From: a virus
Lineage: Duplodnaviria; Caudoviricetes
Length of the DNA: 64,000 nucleotides
Virus record (IMG/VR): IMGVR_UViG_638275558_000001
Location: 65,909-129,908 of that record
Direction: 5' to 3' (one strand)
In this document: positions 19,781 through 30,638 of the stretch, one piece after another
Layout of the letters: each line of letters begins with the position of its first letter
Numbering within the stretch: position 1 is the first letter of the stretch
The notes under the pieces: generated by a model
Told to the model about the DNA's origin: nothing
Database searches by the model: none
The model's input: only the letters and a program-made list of their open reading frames with translations
Position numbers and translations under genes: made by a program

Positions 19781-22700
19781 TTACCCAAGAGCGATACTTG
19801 TGGACGGATTGATAAGGTACATCACCGCCGTTTCACGGTAAAACGTTGATTTTGTGTAATGGATCCCAAGCGAAGAGACAAAGGGAGTTCCCGGATAAGC
19901 CATTTGTGTGTTGTATCTATTGACACCGCTTTTCGGAAATGTATCTGCTACAATGGAAAAGACCGCACCCTCGCGCTCTGTTGCTATACGGTCGACTGTA
20001 ACGGTATCCGGAATTGGAATTTCACCATCGAAAGATTTGAACATACTGAAAGAAAATTGCTCAAAATGAGGGATTGACTGAGTCATCTGAAATGCGTAGA
20101 AAGGTTTACCTTCAATTACCACTCCCGCGAAGAAATTCTCTCCGGCAAAAAGCTGACGAAGCAACAAGATAGCGTCGCGGGTTTTGTTTACCACCTCAAG
20201 CATATCCTGATTGCGGGTTTCAATAACGTGTACATTATCCCCCTCCGCCAGATTTCTAACGCGGTTGGAAAGATTTCGCTGCAAAAACACCACGGCGGAA
20301 TAAGGAGTATCTTCGAGTTTTTGAACAGGGTTTTCGGTAATGATATGATCCGGTTGATAAATCGAGCCTTCGAAAGCGTTATCCGTAATGACTCCGATAT
20401 GTCTCAGATTGGATTCCATGTAGGAAAGCGTTGAAACATAATAACTGTAACTGATCGTCGATGTGGTAACCTCTGGAAACATGCTGTAGGTGTGGTTGTC
20501 AATGAGCCACATTGAGATAGTACTGTCAGATGTACCTTTCAGGTAGAAATAAACCGAAGTGGAAATAACAGTAGGCATTACCATCATCATGTAGCTCATG
20601 CTGTAAAGCTGATCTATTCCGGGGAAAAGCAGCGTAATCACTTTCCCCTGAAGCACCACATTGAACGGAAGCAGCGAAAGACCATTTTCCAAATCTCTCA
20701 TGTAGCAGACGCCGTGGAAATTCAGACTATCTACAACAAAACCGGAATTATCAATAACATTTACAGAAACTGAAGTTATAAGCTCGCCGCGAGATGTATA
20801 GACCGGATAGTTAAAAGCCCCGGTTACATAATAGGGGTTGGCGTTGCTGACGGTAATGGAGAAGGTAATAGAATCGAGAAAGCTATTGGCGGTAACTTCA
20901 TAATATTCTCTAATATCCTTATGTTCATTATAGGGAATGAACCCGTAAAACGTAAAATAATTATTCAACACAATATCTTCCGGAGGAATGTTTTGACTTA
21001 CCGGTATAATGTGTTCCGTGATGTAATACTGATCCCCCAGAAACGCGTCATGAATGATCACATCAAACTGATAATCTTTATTTCGTAAATCCAGCGATTC
21101 AGCCAGCGTGTTTAACCATTTAACTTTCATTTTGCGATTGAAGGCGTGATAGGTAATACGATTGATCTGATCGTGCAGCGCGTCGAACGCATCGAGAAGT
21201 TTTCCGGTAAGCTGCTCAAGCGTTTGAGACGGGTTCTGAGTTGTCGGTTCATTCAAAATATTTGTTTCCACAAACTGAAGATCATTGCGGAAGTAGAAAA
21301 CATCCATGATATTCCCGATCATATCCATATAGGTGAGATATGAAGGATCGAACACTTCTTCAGGAAGTCTTGAAGAAAGGCGATACGGGTTGGATACGTC
21401 GTATTCAGTCGCAGCATAAAGGTGCATATCAAGAAGCACCTGATACGGATTGACGCCCGGATAAATTGAAGAAAACGAAGGAAATACTTCTTCCCAGAAA
21501 TGTATGGGGAGCAGATAAAAGGTACCCGGAAGCGATGTCGAGTTGTAGTAGTAATCCAGATATCCCAGCGCGTAACTCTGACGAATGGAGTCGTCTCTAA
21601 AGTAATGGTTGATGTGCGTTACGTCTTCCGAAGCAAACCATTTAATGAATGGAAGGAAGCTATCGTAGAGTTTATTTTTTATTTCCTTATATTTTTCAGC
21701 CTTCTCCGGATAAAAACCTGAAAGCGTGGTGATAATCTCATCATATTTCCTGAGCAGCGTGATTCCTTTGAACGCCGCCTGAATGAGCGCTTCTGCTGAC
21801 CCGAATTTGACAAATCCGGAGAGCAGATGGAAATTGGATTTCTGCTCCATACTTCCGAAGCTAAAAGACGGGATATAGGTGTTGATTCGATTGTATTCAA
21901 TGTATTCCAGTAGATCGACGGGACTCCTATCTTCAAATTCGAGATGAAACACGTTGTTGGCAAACGCATCTTCCCTACCCCCAATGGCGCTGAAGGTAAC
22001 CGTGTCTGTTTCCGTGAGATTTACCGGAATGGATTCCTGCAAATCCACCTGACGCACAAGATACACTTCTTTTGTCGAGTGAAGGAGTGATGAAGTTCCA
22101 TATACATAAAACGTTTCCTGATAATAAACCGGGGTACCCAGTTTATGAATATTCCCGTTTACTTTAACCAGAATACTGTAGCTATTCTGGATTCGAGCGG
22201 TTACTTCAGCGTAATAGTTGAACAGGTCTTCAAAAGTGATACTGGTGCTGATGTAGTTTTCAAAAGCTTCGTTAATCTGGTTTTCAAGTTGTTCTATGGC
22301 TTCGACGGCAAATGAAATGGTGAGGAATATCTGATTGAGACCGGTTTGCGCAGAAAGGTATTCTTTCGAAAGTGGTTCGGCTTCTTCAAGAACTTGCTGA
22401 TAAGCGGAAATTTCATTTTGATAAAAATTATTGAAAAACTCCTGTACATCGTTGAAACTGACGGTAGAGGTGAGTTCCAGCCGGGAGGTTGTAAAACTAA
22501 ACGCCTGCTCTTCTACGTAGCTGTAAGTTCCTAATTTTTTGAAATAAGCGTAGACGGGATAGGAGTCTACAGAGAAGGTATAAACAAACGGAAGCGAAAT
22601 GGTGGGTTTTTCAATTCCTTCAAAAACTTCAGCCGGAACAGAGTCAACCACCAGATAGACGTTTCCACTTCTTACATACTTGGAGGTTACTTTGCCAATA

Positions 22701-22840
22701 AAATCAACGGAATAAATGATTTCCCCGGCTGAAGAACCGCTGAAGTGTTCAATGTAAATGTAAGGATTTGTGTAGGAAAGAGAATATGGAGTAAACCCGG
22801 CTACAATTTGAGAACCCGAAATAATTATAAAATCTTGCAT
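19781..22840 (-). CDS. Large putative structural (baseplate-like) protein
   Basis: 1019 aa; S/T/Y-rich composition like the other virion genes; function inferred. Confidence 0.55.
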   Translation of the reverse strand: MQDFIIISGSQIVAGFTPYSLSYTNPYIYIEHFSGSSAGEIIYSVDFIGKVTSKYVRSGNVYLVVDSVPAEVFEGIEKPTISLPFVYTFSVDSYPVYAYFKKLGTYSYVEEQAFSFTTSRLELTSTVSFNDVQEFFNNFYQNEISAYQQVLEEAEPLSKEYLSAQTGLNQIFLTISFAVEAIEQLENQINEAFENYISTSITFEDLFNYYAEVTARIQNSYSILVKVNGNIHKLGTPVYYQETFYVYGTSSLLHSTKEVYLVRQVDLQESIPVNLTETDTVTFSAIGGREDAFANNVFHLEFEDRSPVDLLEYIEYNRINTYIPSFSFGSMEQKSNFHLLSGFVKFGSAEALIQAAFKGITLLRKYDEIITTLSGFYPEKAEKYKEIKNKLYDSFLPFIKWFASEDVTHINHYFRDDSIRQSYALGYLDYYYNSTSLPGTFYLLPIHFWEEVFPSFSSIYPGVNPYQVLLDMHLYAATEYDVSNPYRLSSRLPEEVFDPSYLTYMDMIGNIMDVFYFRNDLQFVETNILNEPTTQNPSQTLEQLTGKLLDAFDALHDQINRITYHAFNRKMKVKWLNTLAESLDLRNKDYQFDVIIHDAFLGDQYYITEHIIPVSQNIPPEDIVLNNYFTFYGFIPYNEHKDIREYYEVTANSFLDSITFSITVSNANPYYVTGAFNYPVYTSRGELITSVSVNVIDNSGFVVDSLNFHGVCYMRDLENGLSLLPFNVVLQGKVITLLFPGIDQLYSMSYMMMVMPTVISTSVYFYLKGTSDSTISMWLIDNHTYSMFPEVTTSTISYSYYVSTLSYMESNLRHIGVITDNAFEGSIYQPDHIITENPVQKLEDTPYSAVVFLQRNLSNRVRNLAEGDNVHVIETRNQDMLEVVNKTRDAILLLRQLFAGENFFAGVVIEGKPFYAFQMTQSIPHFEQFSFSMFKSFDGEIPIPDTVTVDRIATEREGAVFSIVADTFPKSGVNRYNTQMAYPGTPFVSSLGIHYTKSTFYRETAVMYLINPSTSIALG

Positions 22841-23757
22841 TCCTCTTTTTCTGTTAAATAATAACGCAATAAGTCAAGTGCATCTTTGGGATAGAAAGGC
22901 TGATAGTCTTTCATGGAATGTGGATATTCGCCCCAGTCTTTGTAACCGGCGGGAGGAAACAGAAAACCAACTTTACATACGCCGCTATAGAGTTCCAACA
23001 CTTTAGAAATTTCTTCAACGCTTACATCCGAATCAAAACAGAACACCAGTTCTTTAACCTTTAATTTTTGCACAACGTAGGAATCCGGAATACGATTCTT
23101 TCCACAGAGTACGCACATTCCCACACCCAACCCATCCGTTGCATGGGGAAGCATATCGAACATTCCCTCGAACAGATAAATCTTTCCTTTTCGAGCCGCT
23201 TCGTAGAAATAGACCGGGAGCTTACCCACCATATAGGAAAGATACCGAACCTTATCGAAAGGTTGATAGAATTGAACGTTTCCTATGGAATCACCGAAGG
23301 CAACCCGCTTTTCATCTACCACCTTGAAAAATCCTTTTGACGACATATAGCTGAGAAGTTCCGGTTTTACCCGGCGCTCTTCAATGATGTGTTTGATAAC
23401 CGGATATTCGATATTTTCCTCTGAAAGAGGAGCCGCCTTTTTAAAAAGCGAGCGGTAGTAAAAGTTTTTCTTGACGTTTGTCTGTTCAACATCCGTAAAA
23501 TCGATATCACCCGAATTCTTATAATATGAAATGAGTTCGACAGGTTTAAATCCGAAAATGCGCTCGAAGTCTCTATAAACGGTGCCTGAAAACCCACAAC
23601 GGAAACAGATGAAAAGAGGGGCGTCTATGGAAAAGTAAAGCGTGAGTCGGCGGTTGTTTTTATGCGGGGCGCACTTAGGGCACAAACAGGCTACTTCTTT
23701 ACCGCCCCCGGCAACTTTAGCTTCGCTGAAGTATTTGGTGAGGATTTCTACAATCAT
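22825..23757 (-). CDS. DNA primase (T4 gp61/DnaG-like)
   Basis: Zn ribbon CPKC...CFRC; TOPRIM motifs EGMFD and FDSD; KDWGE. Confidence 0.9.
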   Translation of the reverse strand: MIVEILTKYFSEAKVAGGGKEVACLCPKCAPHKNNRRLTLYFSIDAPLFICFRCGFSGTVYRDFERIFGFKPVELISYYKNSGDIDFTDVEQTNVKKNFYYRSLFKKAAPLSEENIEYPVIKHIIEERRVKPELLSYMSSKGFFKVVDEKRVAFGDSIGNVQFYQPFDKVRYLSYMVGKLPVYFYEAARKGKIYLFEGMFDMLPHATDGLGVGMCVLCGKNRIPDSYVVQKLKVKELVFCFDSDVSVEEISKVLELYSGVCKVGFLFPPAGYKDWGEYPHSMKDYQPFYPKDALDLLRYYLTEKEECKIL

Positions 23758-23776
23758 GGTTTTTTCTACAAAAACT

Positions 23777-24382
23777 CTAAGGAATCACAATGGTTCCCGG
23801 TGTAGTAATCACAGGATGATTTAAAGTAATGTTCACATCGGTTACCGTTATATCCGGCGGAATCGTTGAAATGTCAATCGGGATATCGCAGTATTTGCTC
23901 TGAGAAATCTCTACGGCTTCGACGGTTACGGAAAAATTGAAATCATCGTCGGTATCGAATGCAGCCATGAAAAACTGTTCATCGGTACGTACGTTGACAA
24001 TTTCATACCATCTTCTGGATTCCCCAAGCACCAGATCTCCCGGTTGTGGAAAATAGTCGAATTCTTTCAGCACATTCCTAAGAAGATGAAGTCGGAGTTT
24101 CCGCACCGATCGCATTCCAACCTCCTCTGAAGCCGGTTCCCCAACCTCATATTCCACACGACAGGGGATCCGGTACATTTTATATTCTCTAATATCTTTC
24201 TTAGGAGACTCTCCATACAGATAGTGCAATACGTCGTTTTCGTCATCTTCCACCGCGTTTTCAATAATACGAACAAAAAGGAAGTTGGCGTTGAGAATAT
24301 CCTCAAGCGCTTCAAGGGCAAAATGCTGAAGAAGATTGAGTTCCCGTCTTCCCCAGAAAAGAGGATTACGCTTTTTTATCAT
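23777..24382 (-). CDS. Neck/head-completion protein, T4 gp14-like
   Basis: LYGE and PQPGDLV...WYEI motifs; late motif upstream. Confidence 0.7.
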   Translation of the reverse strand: MIKKRNPLFWGRRELNLLQHFALEALEDILNANFLFVRIIENAVEDDENDVLHYLYGESPKKDIREYKMYRIPCRVEYEVGEPASEEVGMRSVRKLRLHLLRNVLKEFDYFPQPGDLVLGESRRWYEIVNVRTDEQFFMAAFDTDDDFNFSVTVEAVEISQSKYCDIPIDISTIPPDITVTDVNITLNHPVITTPGTIVIP

Positions 24383-24384
24383 TT

Positions 24385-25701
24385 TTATTTAAATAACCCC
24401 TTTTCAATTCTCTCCGTTAGAAGCTTCTTTTCCGACTTTTGCATTTTCTCTTCGTCGCCGTCAAGGCGGGCAAAAAACCAACTTTTATCATGATAATCCA
24501 TAAGTCGAAGAGCGAACCTTTTGCGAAACTCTCCGGGGTTTTCTTCCGGAGAAACCTGTTCGGAAATCTCTTTATAAATCGTATCAAAAGATGACTCAAG
24601 CTGATTTCGCATATCGGTATAAATTTCTTTGAGTTTCATCACGGTTTCCTGTTCATCCGGGGTAAGTACAAAATCATCAAGTTTGTTTTCAAGAAAAAGA
24701 TCGGCGAGCTTCTCAGGAGTGATTGTAGTTTTAATCCGGTGGAGCTCCAGATATACCGGGTGCTTGATCTTTGTGCGGTAATAAACACGCGGGGCAATTT
24801 CCTGTACGGCTACAAATCCTTCATATACCACCTCATAACCGTCTCTCAGGCTTTTGAAAAGCGGTGTAACTTCCTCAAATAGTTCCTGAAGGCGATTGGC
24901 ACGAAAAAGAGTATAGTTTTGCTCTTGAGACAGAACAGCCGGTAGCTTAAGATTTATTTTTCCGCCACTTTCGTTGAAAATGCGTACGGCTTCTTCGGAG
25001 GGACCCACCTCGAAATATCCCTTCTCCGGATCCACCGAACGCACACCGATCAGAATGATATTTGGCTCCTCATAAGGAACCACCACTCGCGCGTCCGGAT
25101 GAACCATTTCAAATATGTAACAGTATGAGGAGTTCAAATGATAGAGAAGGTAAGGCGGATATTTCTTTTCAAAGGTTTCCCAGAACAATTCTCGATATGT
25201 TTTATCCATATGAGTGGTAACCATTCCGTTTTTGACAATGGATCCATTTGCGTCAATACTCCCAAGAGTGTGAATTTTCCACCCTTCATCATAATATAAA
25301 ACCACACAAGTACCATCCAGCTTTTCAACCAGTTTCATGGGAAGTTTGAACATGAAACCGGCTTTGCGCTTTTCATTCAGGGGAGACGCGTAACGAAGCG
25401 TCTGATAATAGTTTACGATTTCCGGCTGGAGTTCTTCCCCCCAGTTGAAAAATTTGTCAAAGGGATAAGACAGAACTTTCCAACCACTATCCGTTTTGCG
25501 GAGAATCGCCCCGCGACAGGCAAGGTGATATATCTTATCAAACTTACAACCAAGGTGATATTTGAACATGTATAGATCACCCCGGTTTTTGCACATAATC
25601 CCCTCCTTGCGAAGGGATTCGACGGCTACTTCCGGAGACTCAAAAGAGTTCAGGTGTTCGATAAGGTACTCAACCGGGTATTTTACGTTCATCGATTCCA
25701 T
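24385..25701 (-). CDS. rnlA: RNA ligase 1 (T4 Rnl1 family)
   Basis: CRG, PFDKFFN, EKLDG (motif I), EGFV (motif IV) and KIK (motif V). Confidence 0.95.
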   Translation of the reverse strand: MESMNVKYPVEYLIEHLNSFESPEVAVESLRKEGIMCKNRGDLYMFKYHLGCKFDKIYHLACRGAILRKTDSGWKVLSYPFDKFFNWGEELQPEIVNYYQTLRYASPLNEKRKAGFMFKLPMKLVEKLDGTCVVLYYDEGWKIHTLGSIDANGSIVKNGMVTTHMDKTYRELFWETFEKKYPPYLLYHLNSSYCYIFEMVHPDARVVVPYEEPNIILIGVRSVDPEKGYFEVGPSEEAVRIFNESGGKINLKLPAVLSQEQNYTLFRANRLQELFEEVTPLFKSLRDGYEVVYEGFVAVQEIAPRVYYRTKIKHPVYLELHRIKTTITPEKLADLFLENKLDDFVLTPDEQETVMKLKEIYTDMRNQLESSFDTIYKEISEQVSPEENPGEFRKRFALRLMDYHDKSWFFARLDGDEEKMQKSEKKLLTERIEKGLFK

Positions 25702-25797
25702 AGCGTACTATAAGTCTTGTTTTGAGTTTTCGGAAGCGTCGGTTGATCAGGGAGTTCGTCTACAACTTCATAGTTTCCGGATAGGAAACCGTAGCAA

Positions 25798-27765
25798 TCA
25801 CACACCTCCTTCGTAAATCTGTTTACGGGAATTGGTTACAAGTTTTTCAGCTACGCGCAACATTTTGTTACTCCACTTTTCAACCGGGGTTTCCACAAGG
25901 AAATGACCAATACGGGTATCAAACCGGTTGAAGCCCACATTGTTGCGCTGAGCCGCGCGGTCTTTATCCAGCGCCGCCACGATCGCCAGCTTCTGCTGAA
26001 GCTCCAGCGCATAACCCCGCTCTTCCTCCGAAATGGTTTTACTTTCTTCTTCCTCCTCCCGCTGCTGCTTCTGCTCAGACGTAGTAATCACATCGAGCAG
26101 AGATACAGGCTTCTCAAGTTGAGTCTTCATACGCTCATGATTGAGTGCCTTTTCGATAATTTCAATCTTGCGCGTCAGGTAATCGGCAAAGTTTTCATCC
26201 AGCGTATGACGCGCAACAATGTAGTGAATATCCACACATTCGGCTTCCTGACCAATGCGGTGGAGACGATCTTCCGCCTGCAGGATATTGCCGGGTACCC
26301 AGTCCAATTCCACAAACACGGCGGTCTTAGCACGCGTCAGCGTAATGCCGACACCAGCCGCCAGAATGCTGCAGAGCACCACGTCCACCTTACCACTCTG
26401 AAAATCCTCCACCGCCTTTTGACGCTGCACCACATTTTCCTCGCCGGTAATGCGGGCGTAGGTAATACCTTTAGCTTCAAGCACCTTCTGAATGATCTCG
26501 AACACATCATGATGGTGTGCAAACACAACCAACCCGTCCACTTCTTCCTCTTTCACAAGAGAAACAATATAGTCAGCAGCGAACGGGGCTTTGTGAATGG
26601 CATAAAAGCGCCGCATTTCTGCAACGCGCTCAAACATAACCTTCATTTTTTCATCAAACTCCGCCATTGCCTCAGCCAGATCAGCGCTTTCAACCCCAAC
26701 CCGCTCAAACTCGCGGAGAACGGAAATATAATTTTTGAGATTCTGGAGATCTTCAGCCAGCTTGAAAATTTCTTCTTCAGCAAACATCTTATTAAGTTTT
26801 ACAGGAACGATTTTACGGCTTTTCGGCGGAAGCTCCTTGAGCACATCTTTTTTCAAGCGACGAATCATGATAGTGGAGCGAAGCTTTCCCTGAAGTTCTT
26901 CAAGGTTACTTGCACCACGAAAATCCCAACCATACCCATTATAGTAAGCGTTGCAATACCGCTTGGCGTAGCCCCAGAAATTACCAAACACCTTCGGAGC
27001 CGCCATCTCAAGAATGGGATAAAGCTCAATCGGTCTATTGACGATAGGAGTACCGGTAAGAAAGAGCACCTTCCCGCCCTGTTCTATGGAAGATTTGACA
27101 ATAGATTTTACAAACCCGGAGCGCTTCGTCTTCGGGTTTTTGATATAATGGCATTCGTCTACGATCACAAGATCGTAAGCATAATCCTCTTCCGAAATGC
27201 GGTGGAGAATGTCATAATTGATAATGTAAATGGTGTTTTTCAGAGAAAAATCGACTTCATTGCCGTTAACCACAATAATTTCTTTTTCGTGAACCACCCA
27301 GCGCTTCAATTCCCGCTCCCAGTTGTACTTCAGAGAAGCGGGACACACTACCAGCACGCGATCGGGGTTCATTACATTGATAACCCCGGCGCTCTGAATT
27401 GTTTTTCCGGTACCCATTTCGTCTGCAATGAGAGCACCCGGATATTCTTTAAAAACTTCGGTAACAAAATGCACCCCCGCCTTCTGAAATGGGAAATAAT
27501 CATATCCGGTAGGTGCAGGTACGGCAAAATCGCTGCTGGTGACGCTGCTGAGCTCGAGCTTGTGATTTTTTTCTTCCAGGAGAAGGTTGTACTGCTGAGC
27601 AGCCTTTTCGTCGAAATAACCTTTCAGTTTACTCGCATAATCGAGAATTGTCGTATACCATACCCTCTTATCCGGATCCCACTTCCACCCGGCATTTTTG
27701 GGGATCAGACGTTCTTCGTAGGTTCCTTTCCACTCGAACCGGTTGTTGTAAGTAACGTAGCCCAT
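25798..27765 (-). CDS. SNF2-family (HARP/SMARCAL1-like) helicase (start revised)
   Basis: ADEMGTGKT, DECH, LTGTP, RRLK and QAEDRLHRIGQ motifs; the track's start overlaps the early promoter. Confidence 0.9.
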   Translation of the reverse strand: MGYVTYNNRFEWKGTYEERLIPKNAGWKWDPDKRVWYTTILDYASKLKGYFDEKAAQQYNLLLEEKNHKLELSSVTSSDFAVPAPTGYDYFPFQKAGVHFVTEVFKEYPGALIADEMGTGKTIQSAGVINVMNPDRVLVVCPASLKYNWERELKRWVVHEKEIIVVNGNEVDFSLKNTIYIINYDILHRISEEDYAYDLVIVDECHYIKNPKTKRSGFVKSIVKSSIEQGGKVLFLTGTPIVNRPIELYPILEMAAPKVFGNFWGYAKRYCNAYYNGYGWDFRGASNLEELQGKLRSTIMIRRLKKDVLKELPPKSRKIVPVKLNKMFAEEEIFKLAEDLQNLKNYISVLREFERVGVESADLAEAMAEFDEKMKVMFERVAEMRRFYAIHKAPFAADYIVSLVKEEEVDGLVVFAHHHDVFEIIQKVLEAKGITYARITGEENVVQRQKAVEDFQSGKVDVVLCSILAAGVGITLTRAKTAVFVELDWVPGNILQAEDRLHRIGQEAECVDIHYIVARHTLDENFADYLTRKIEIIEKALNHERMKTQLEKPVSLLDVITTSEQKQQREEEEESKTISEEERGYALELQQKLAIVAALDKDRAAQRNNVGFNRFDTRIGHFLVETPVEKWSNKMLRVAEKLVTNSRKQIYEGGV

Positions 27766-27798
27766 GACCGCCCTGTCTTTGGCTGTCAATCTGCTGAT

Positions 27799-27827
27799 AA
27801 TATACGACACTGAACAAGAAAAGTCAA
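27799..27827 (-). promoter_or_regulatory. Sigma70-like early promoter
   Basis: TTGACT-17nt-TATATT followed by ATCAGCAGATTGA. Confidence 0.85.
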
Positions 27828-27847
27828 CCCCTTGACAGAAATTTCAA

Positions 27848-29641
27848 TTAGAAGGGAAACGAAAGTTGAACAAACAGGTGATTGAAATGCTTCCGATAGC
27901 GCGTCGGAAGATCAAAGGTGTCGTGGATAAACTTTTCAAATTCATCTTTTTCACCCTCTAAAACATCATCAAGCCATAGTCTTCGACGTTCAAGGCTCCC
28001 AATAATCGCCTCAATCGGATATGCTTCTATAAAAGCATTACCGGGATAATCATCTACAACACTCCTCACAACTTCTTCAATGTTTGTTGTATCTATCAAT
28101 CCCCTTTCCGTATAATACACTATATGTGGTTCTTCGTTTGATCCGTAATCTGATTCTAAGTATACTATAACTTCATATTCTACTATATCTTTAACATACT
28201 CGATAATACTTTCTATTCCACTTTCAACCATTTCCTCTACTTTCTCCCCCCACTCTTCATCAAAATGATCTAAAATATCATCCGAGTTGATTATTTTTTC
28301 TATAAGATCATAGTTTACATTTTCAGGTTTAATTGTGCTGTAAAAATATTCAAAACAGCCGGTTGTCGACATATTTTTATAAAGAGAAGCAACTACATCG
28401 GGATATGCTTCGTGTTCCGCCCATTTACCAATATGTTGTTTGAAAAGAAAATAGGCGATACGATAAGAACCTCTGTTGGCTCTCCTTTTTTCTATATCTT
28501 CTGGCAACTCTATATTAAGATATTCATGAAGGTCTTTAATACCCTCCGCTTCCCCCATATGATCAATTGCGATATCTACAAATTGTCTTATGAGATCGAC
28601 AACCACCGAAAGATTGATATATTCCTCGAATTTATTCTTCTGATAAAGCACAAATACCTGCAGGGTTTCAGCGGGAATATAAACAGTATCATAATTATAA
28701 GCGAGGACGCTCCTTACACTGTCTAAAGCCATATTAATATAATATTCGATTGCATCTTCTGAAGGTGCAAGATTTTCTACCAGATGGGGATATTTTTCAG
28801 CAATCACATCCAGCATCCGCGCCGCATAAGTAGCATAGGGTTCTTCGTCAATCGGTACCATTGTATTATCAGGAAGGTGAAATTCCTTTCCCTTACCAAA
28901 TGTAGCGATTGCGTAAACAAGTCCGTCATACGGATTGCTACTATCGGCTTCGAAATCTATTCCCGGTTTGATCGCCGAAGGATGAAATACCCCCACGAAC
29001 AAGGGATAATAATAGTTGAAATGTTGATCGCCAAGTCCCACACACACATGAATATGATTACCAATCATCCCGAGAATACGTCTGTTTTCCACCACATTTT
29101 GGGGGTGATATATGATCATAGAATTGTCTTCGTAGATAATCAAATCCGCATATTCTGTGTGCATAAGCTGACGAAACTTCTCCCACAATGCCAGATAAGA
29201 AGCCCCCACCTCTTCCACTTTTCCGGCGCGTTGATATGCCCCAACGACTTTTCCGGGATCGAGAAGCTGAAGGTTATCCGTAAGATCAAATTCCCTCAAA
29301 ACGGAGGGTTGGTGTCGCACCGAAAAATACCAGCGAAATGGCTCGATGTAAAGAGGGAGATCGATCGGATCGATTTTGTCGCTCATCACCATACGATAAA
29401 AATATTCAACCAGCGCATTTGTCGAGATAAGGTTATATTCGGGATTGTTGCGAAGCGGCTCAAAAATAGACTGAGCAACTTTGTGAAGAATATTTCCAAA
29501 AAATAAAATACGCTCCCCCGGATCACGGGGAACTTCTCCAAGATTTAATTGCTGAGCCAGAAACCTGAGTTTGTTTTCGGGAAGTTTTGCAAGTAGTTCT
29601 TTACCCCTACGGGACCCCGGAGCAGGAAAAGTAAACGCCAT
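27848..29641 (-). CDS. Hypothetical protein, paralog of 36373-37986
   Basis: 597 aa; late motif upstream; shares the I(Y/F)xP...C...YYP block. Confidence 0.7.
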   Translation of the reverse strand: MAFTFPAPGSRRGKELLAKLPENKLRFLAQQLNLGEVPRDPGERILFFGNILHKVAQSIFEPLRNNPEYNLISTNALVEYFYRMVMSDKIDPIDLPLYIEPFRWYFSVRHQPSVLREFDLTDNLQLLDPGKVVGAYQRAGKVEEVGASYLALWEKFRQLMHTEYADLIIYEDNSMIIYHPQNVVENRRILGMIGNHIHVCVGLGDQHFNYYYPLFVGVFHPSAIKPGIDFEADSSNPYDGLVYAIATFGKGKEFHLPDNTMVPIDEEPYATYAARMLDVIAEKYPHLVENLAPSEDAIEYYINMALDSVRSVLAYNYDTVYIPAETLQVFVLYQKNKFEEYINLSVVVDLIRQFVDIAIDHMGEAEGIKDLHEYLNIELPEDIEKRRANRGSYRIAYFLFKQHIGKWAEHEAYPDVVASLYKNMSTTGCFEYFYSTIKPENVNYDLIEKIINSDDILDHFDEEWGEKVEEMVESGIESIIEYVKDIVEYEVIVYLESDYGSNEEPHIVYYTERGLIDTTNIEEVVRSVVDDYPGNAFIEAYPIEAIIGSLERRRLWLDDVLEGEKDEFEKFIHDTFDLPTRYRKHFNHLFVQLSFPF

Positions 29642-29658
29642 TTTTTTATTTTAAATAA

Positions 29659-30429
29659 CTACGCCCCAAAATCCACATAAAGATAGCAAATTTTCCAGCT
29701 ATCCTCCATCGAGATAGTATATTTTTTATCCCCCTCTTTTTTAATCTGATAATCTTCCTTACCGACATAATGTAAAAATTGCCTTATAAGTTGCCACAAC
29801 CTATCATATTCCTCCGTTTCATCAGTGCAAGCCAGCTTGTACTGATAATCAACGAAGGACATATCGTTTATTTCATCATAAAAATTGTCATTGCCCCCCA
29901 CAATGATAACTTCTGGATCAAATACAACCCATTCGATAAAATCAAGCATAAACTGGCTTAATTCCGGATTTTTAAGAATATAACGCCAGTTCCAGCGCGA
30001 TTCATGATCACATCGATCAAGCCTTTCTATCACCTTATAATCTTCATTATATCTGGCAAGTAGAAAACGTCTCATTTCGGCAACGTTCATATCGTAGCTC
30101 AGATTATCTGAAATATCGTTCAACATCTCCCGAAGTGCGTCTATAAAGAGACGCTTGATAGGCTCGCGTTCAAACATCAATTCTACAAACTTCACAACCA
30201 CACAATCCAGTTCTCTATGATTTTTCAGATAAGCGTCAATGTATATATCCGACGCCGCGTTGGCAATCAGATAGCACATCTTAGCCAGCGGCGTTTTGCA
30301 GACAAAAAATTCCCACCCGAAATCGCAAGGGTAAAAATCCTCCTTCACCTTATCAGGATAACGGCTGATAAGGATGGAGTGGGAAGACGATGAATTTGTG
30401 GAAAGACCGAAACGAATGAATGCTTTCAT
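29659..30429 (-). CDS. TNSSS-motif protein
   Basis: N-terminal IRFGLSTNSSSSHS; also FGWE, DHES and GGNDN motifs. Confidence 0.75.
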   Translation of the reverse strand: MKAFIRFGLSTNSSSSHSILISRYPDKVKEDFYPCDFGWEFFVCKTPLAKMCYLIANAASDIYIDAYLKNHRELDCVVVKFVELMFEREPIKRLFIDALREMLNDISDNLSYDMNVAEMRRFLLARYNEDYKVIERLDRCDHESRWNWRYILKNPELSQFMLDFIEWVVFDPEVIIVGGNDNFYDEINDMSFVDYQYKLACTDETEEYDRLWQLIRQFLHYVGKEDYQIKKEGDKKYTISMEDSWKICYLYVDFGA

Positions 30430-30638
30430 GACTTCCTCCTTTGTTTGTCAATGGTTACATAGACAACGTAAAAAACAACGGTAAGAATAAAAAGAAGTAA
30501 AAACTTTATGTTCAACCAGAAGGGATTCTCTCCTCTTAGCACCAGCGCTGCAGGGTTTCTCAAGTATAATGAAAGATAAACCAAATACAGCGCAAGCGCC
30601 AGCGAAATAGAGCCTATCAGTATTTTGAACACTTTCAT
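30426..30638 (-). CDS. Small two-TM membrane protein
   Basis: 70 aa with two hydrophobic helices; ATGA-type overlaps on both sides. Confidence 0.7.
   Translation of the reverse strand: MKVFKILIGSISLALALYLVYLSLYLRNPAALVLRGENPFWLNIKFLLLFILTVVFYVVYVTIDKQRRKS

Noticed and set aside
25903-27813. 636-aa plus-strand ORF
   Set aside because: Antisense shadow of the SNF2 helicase with no motifs; explained by codon bias on the coding strand.
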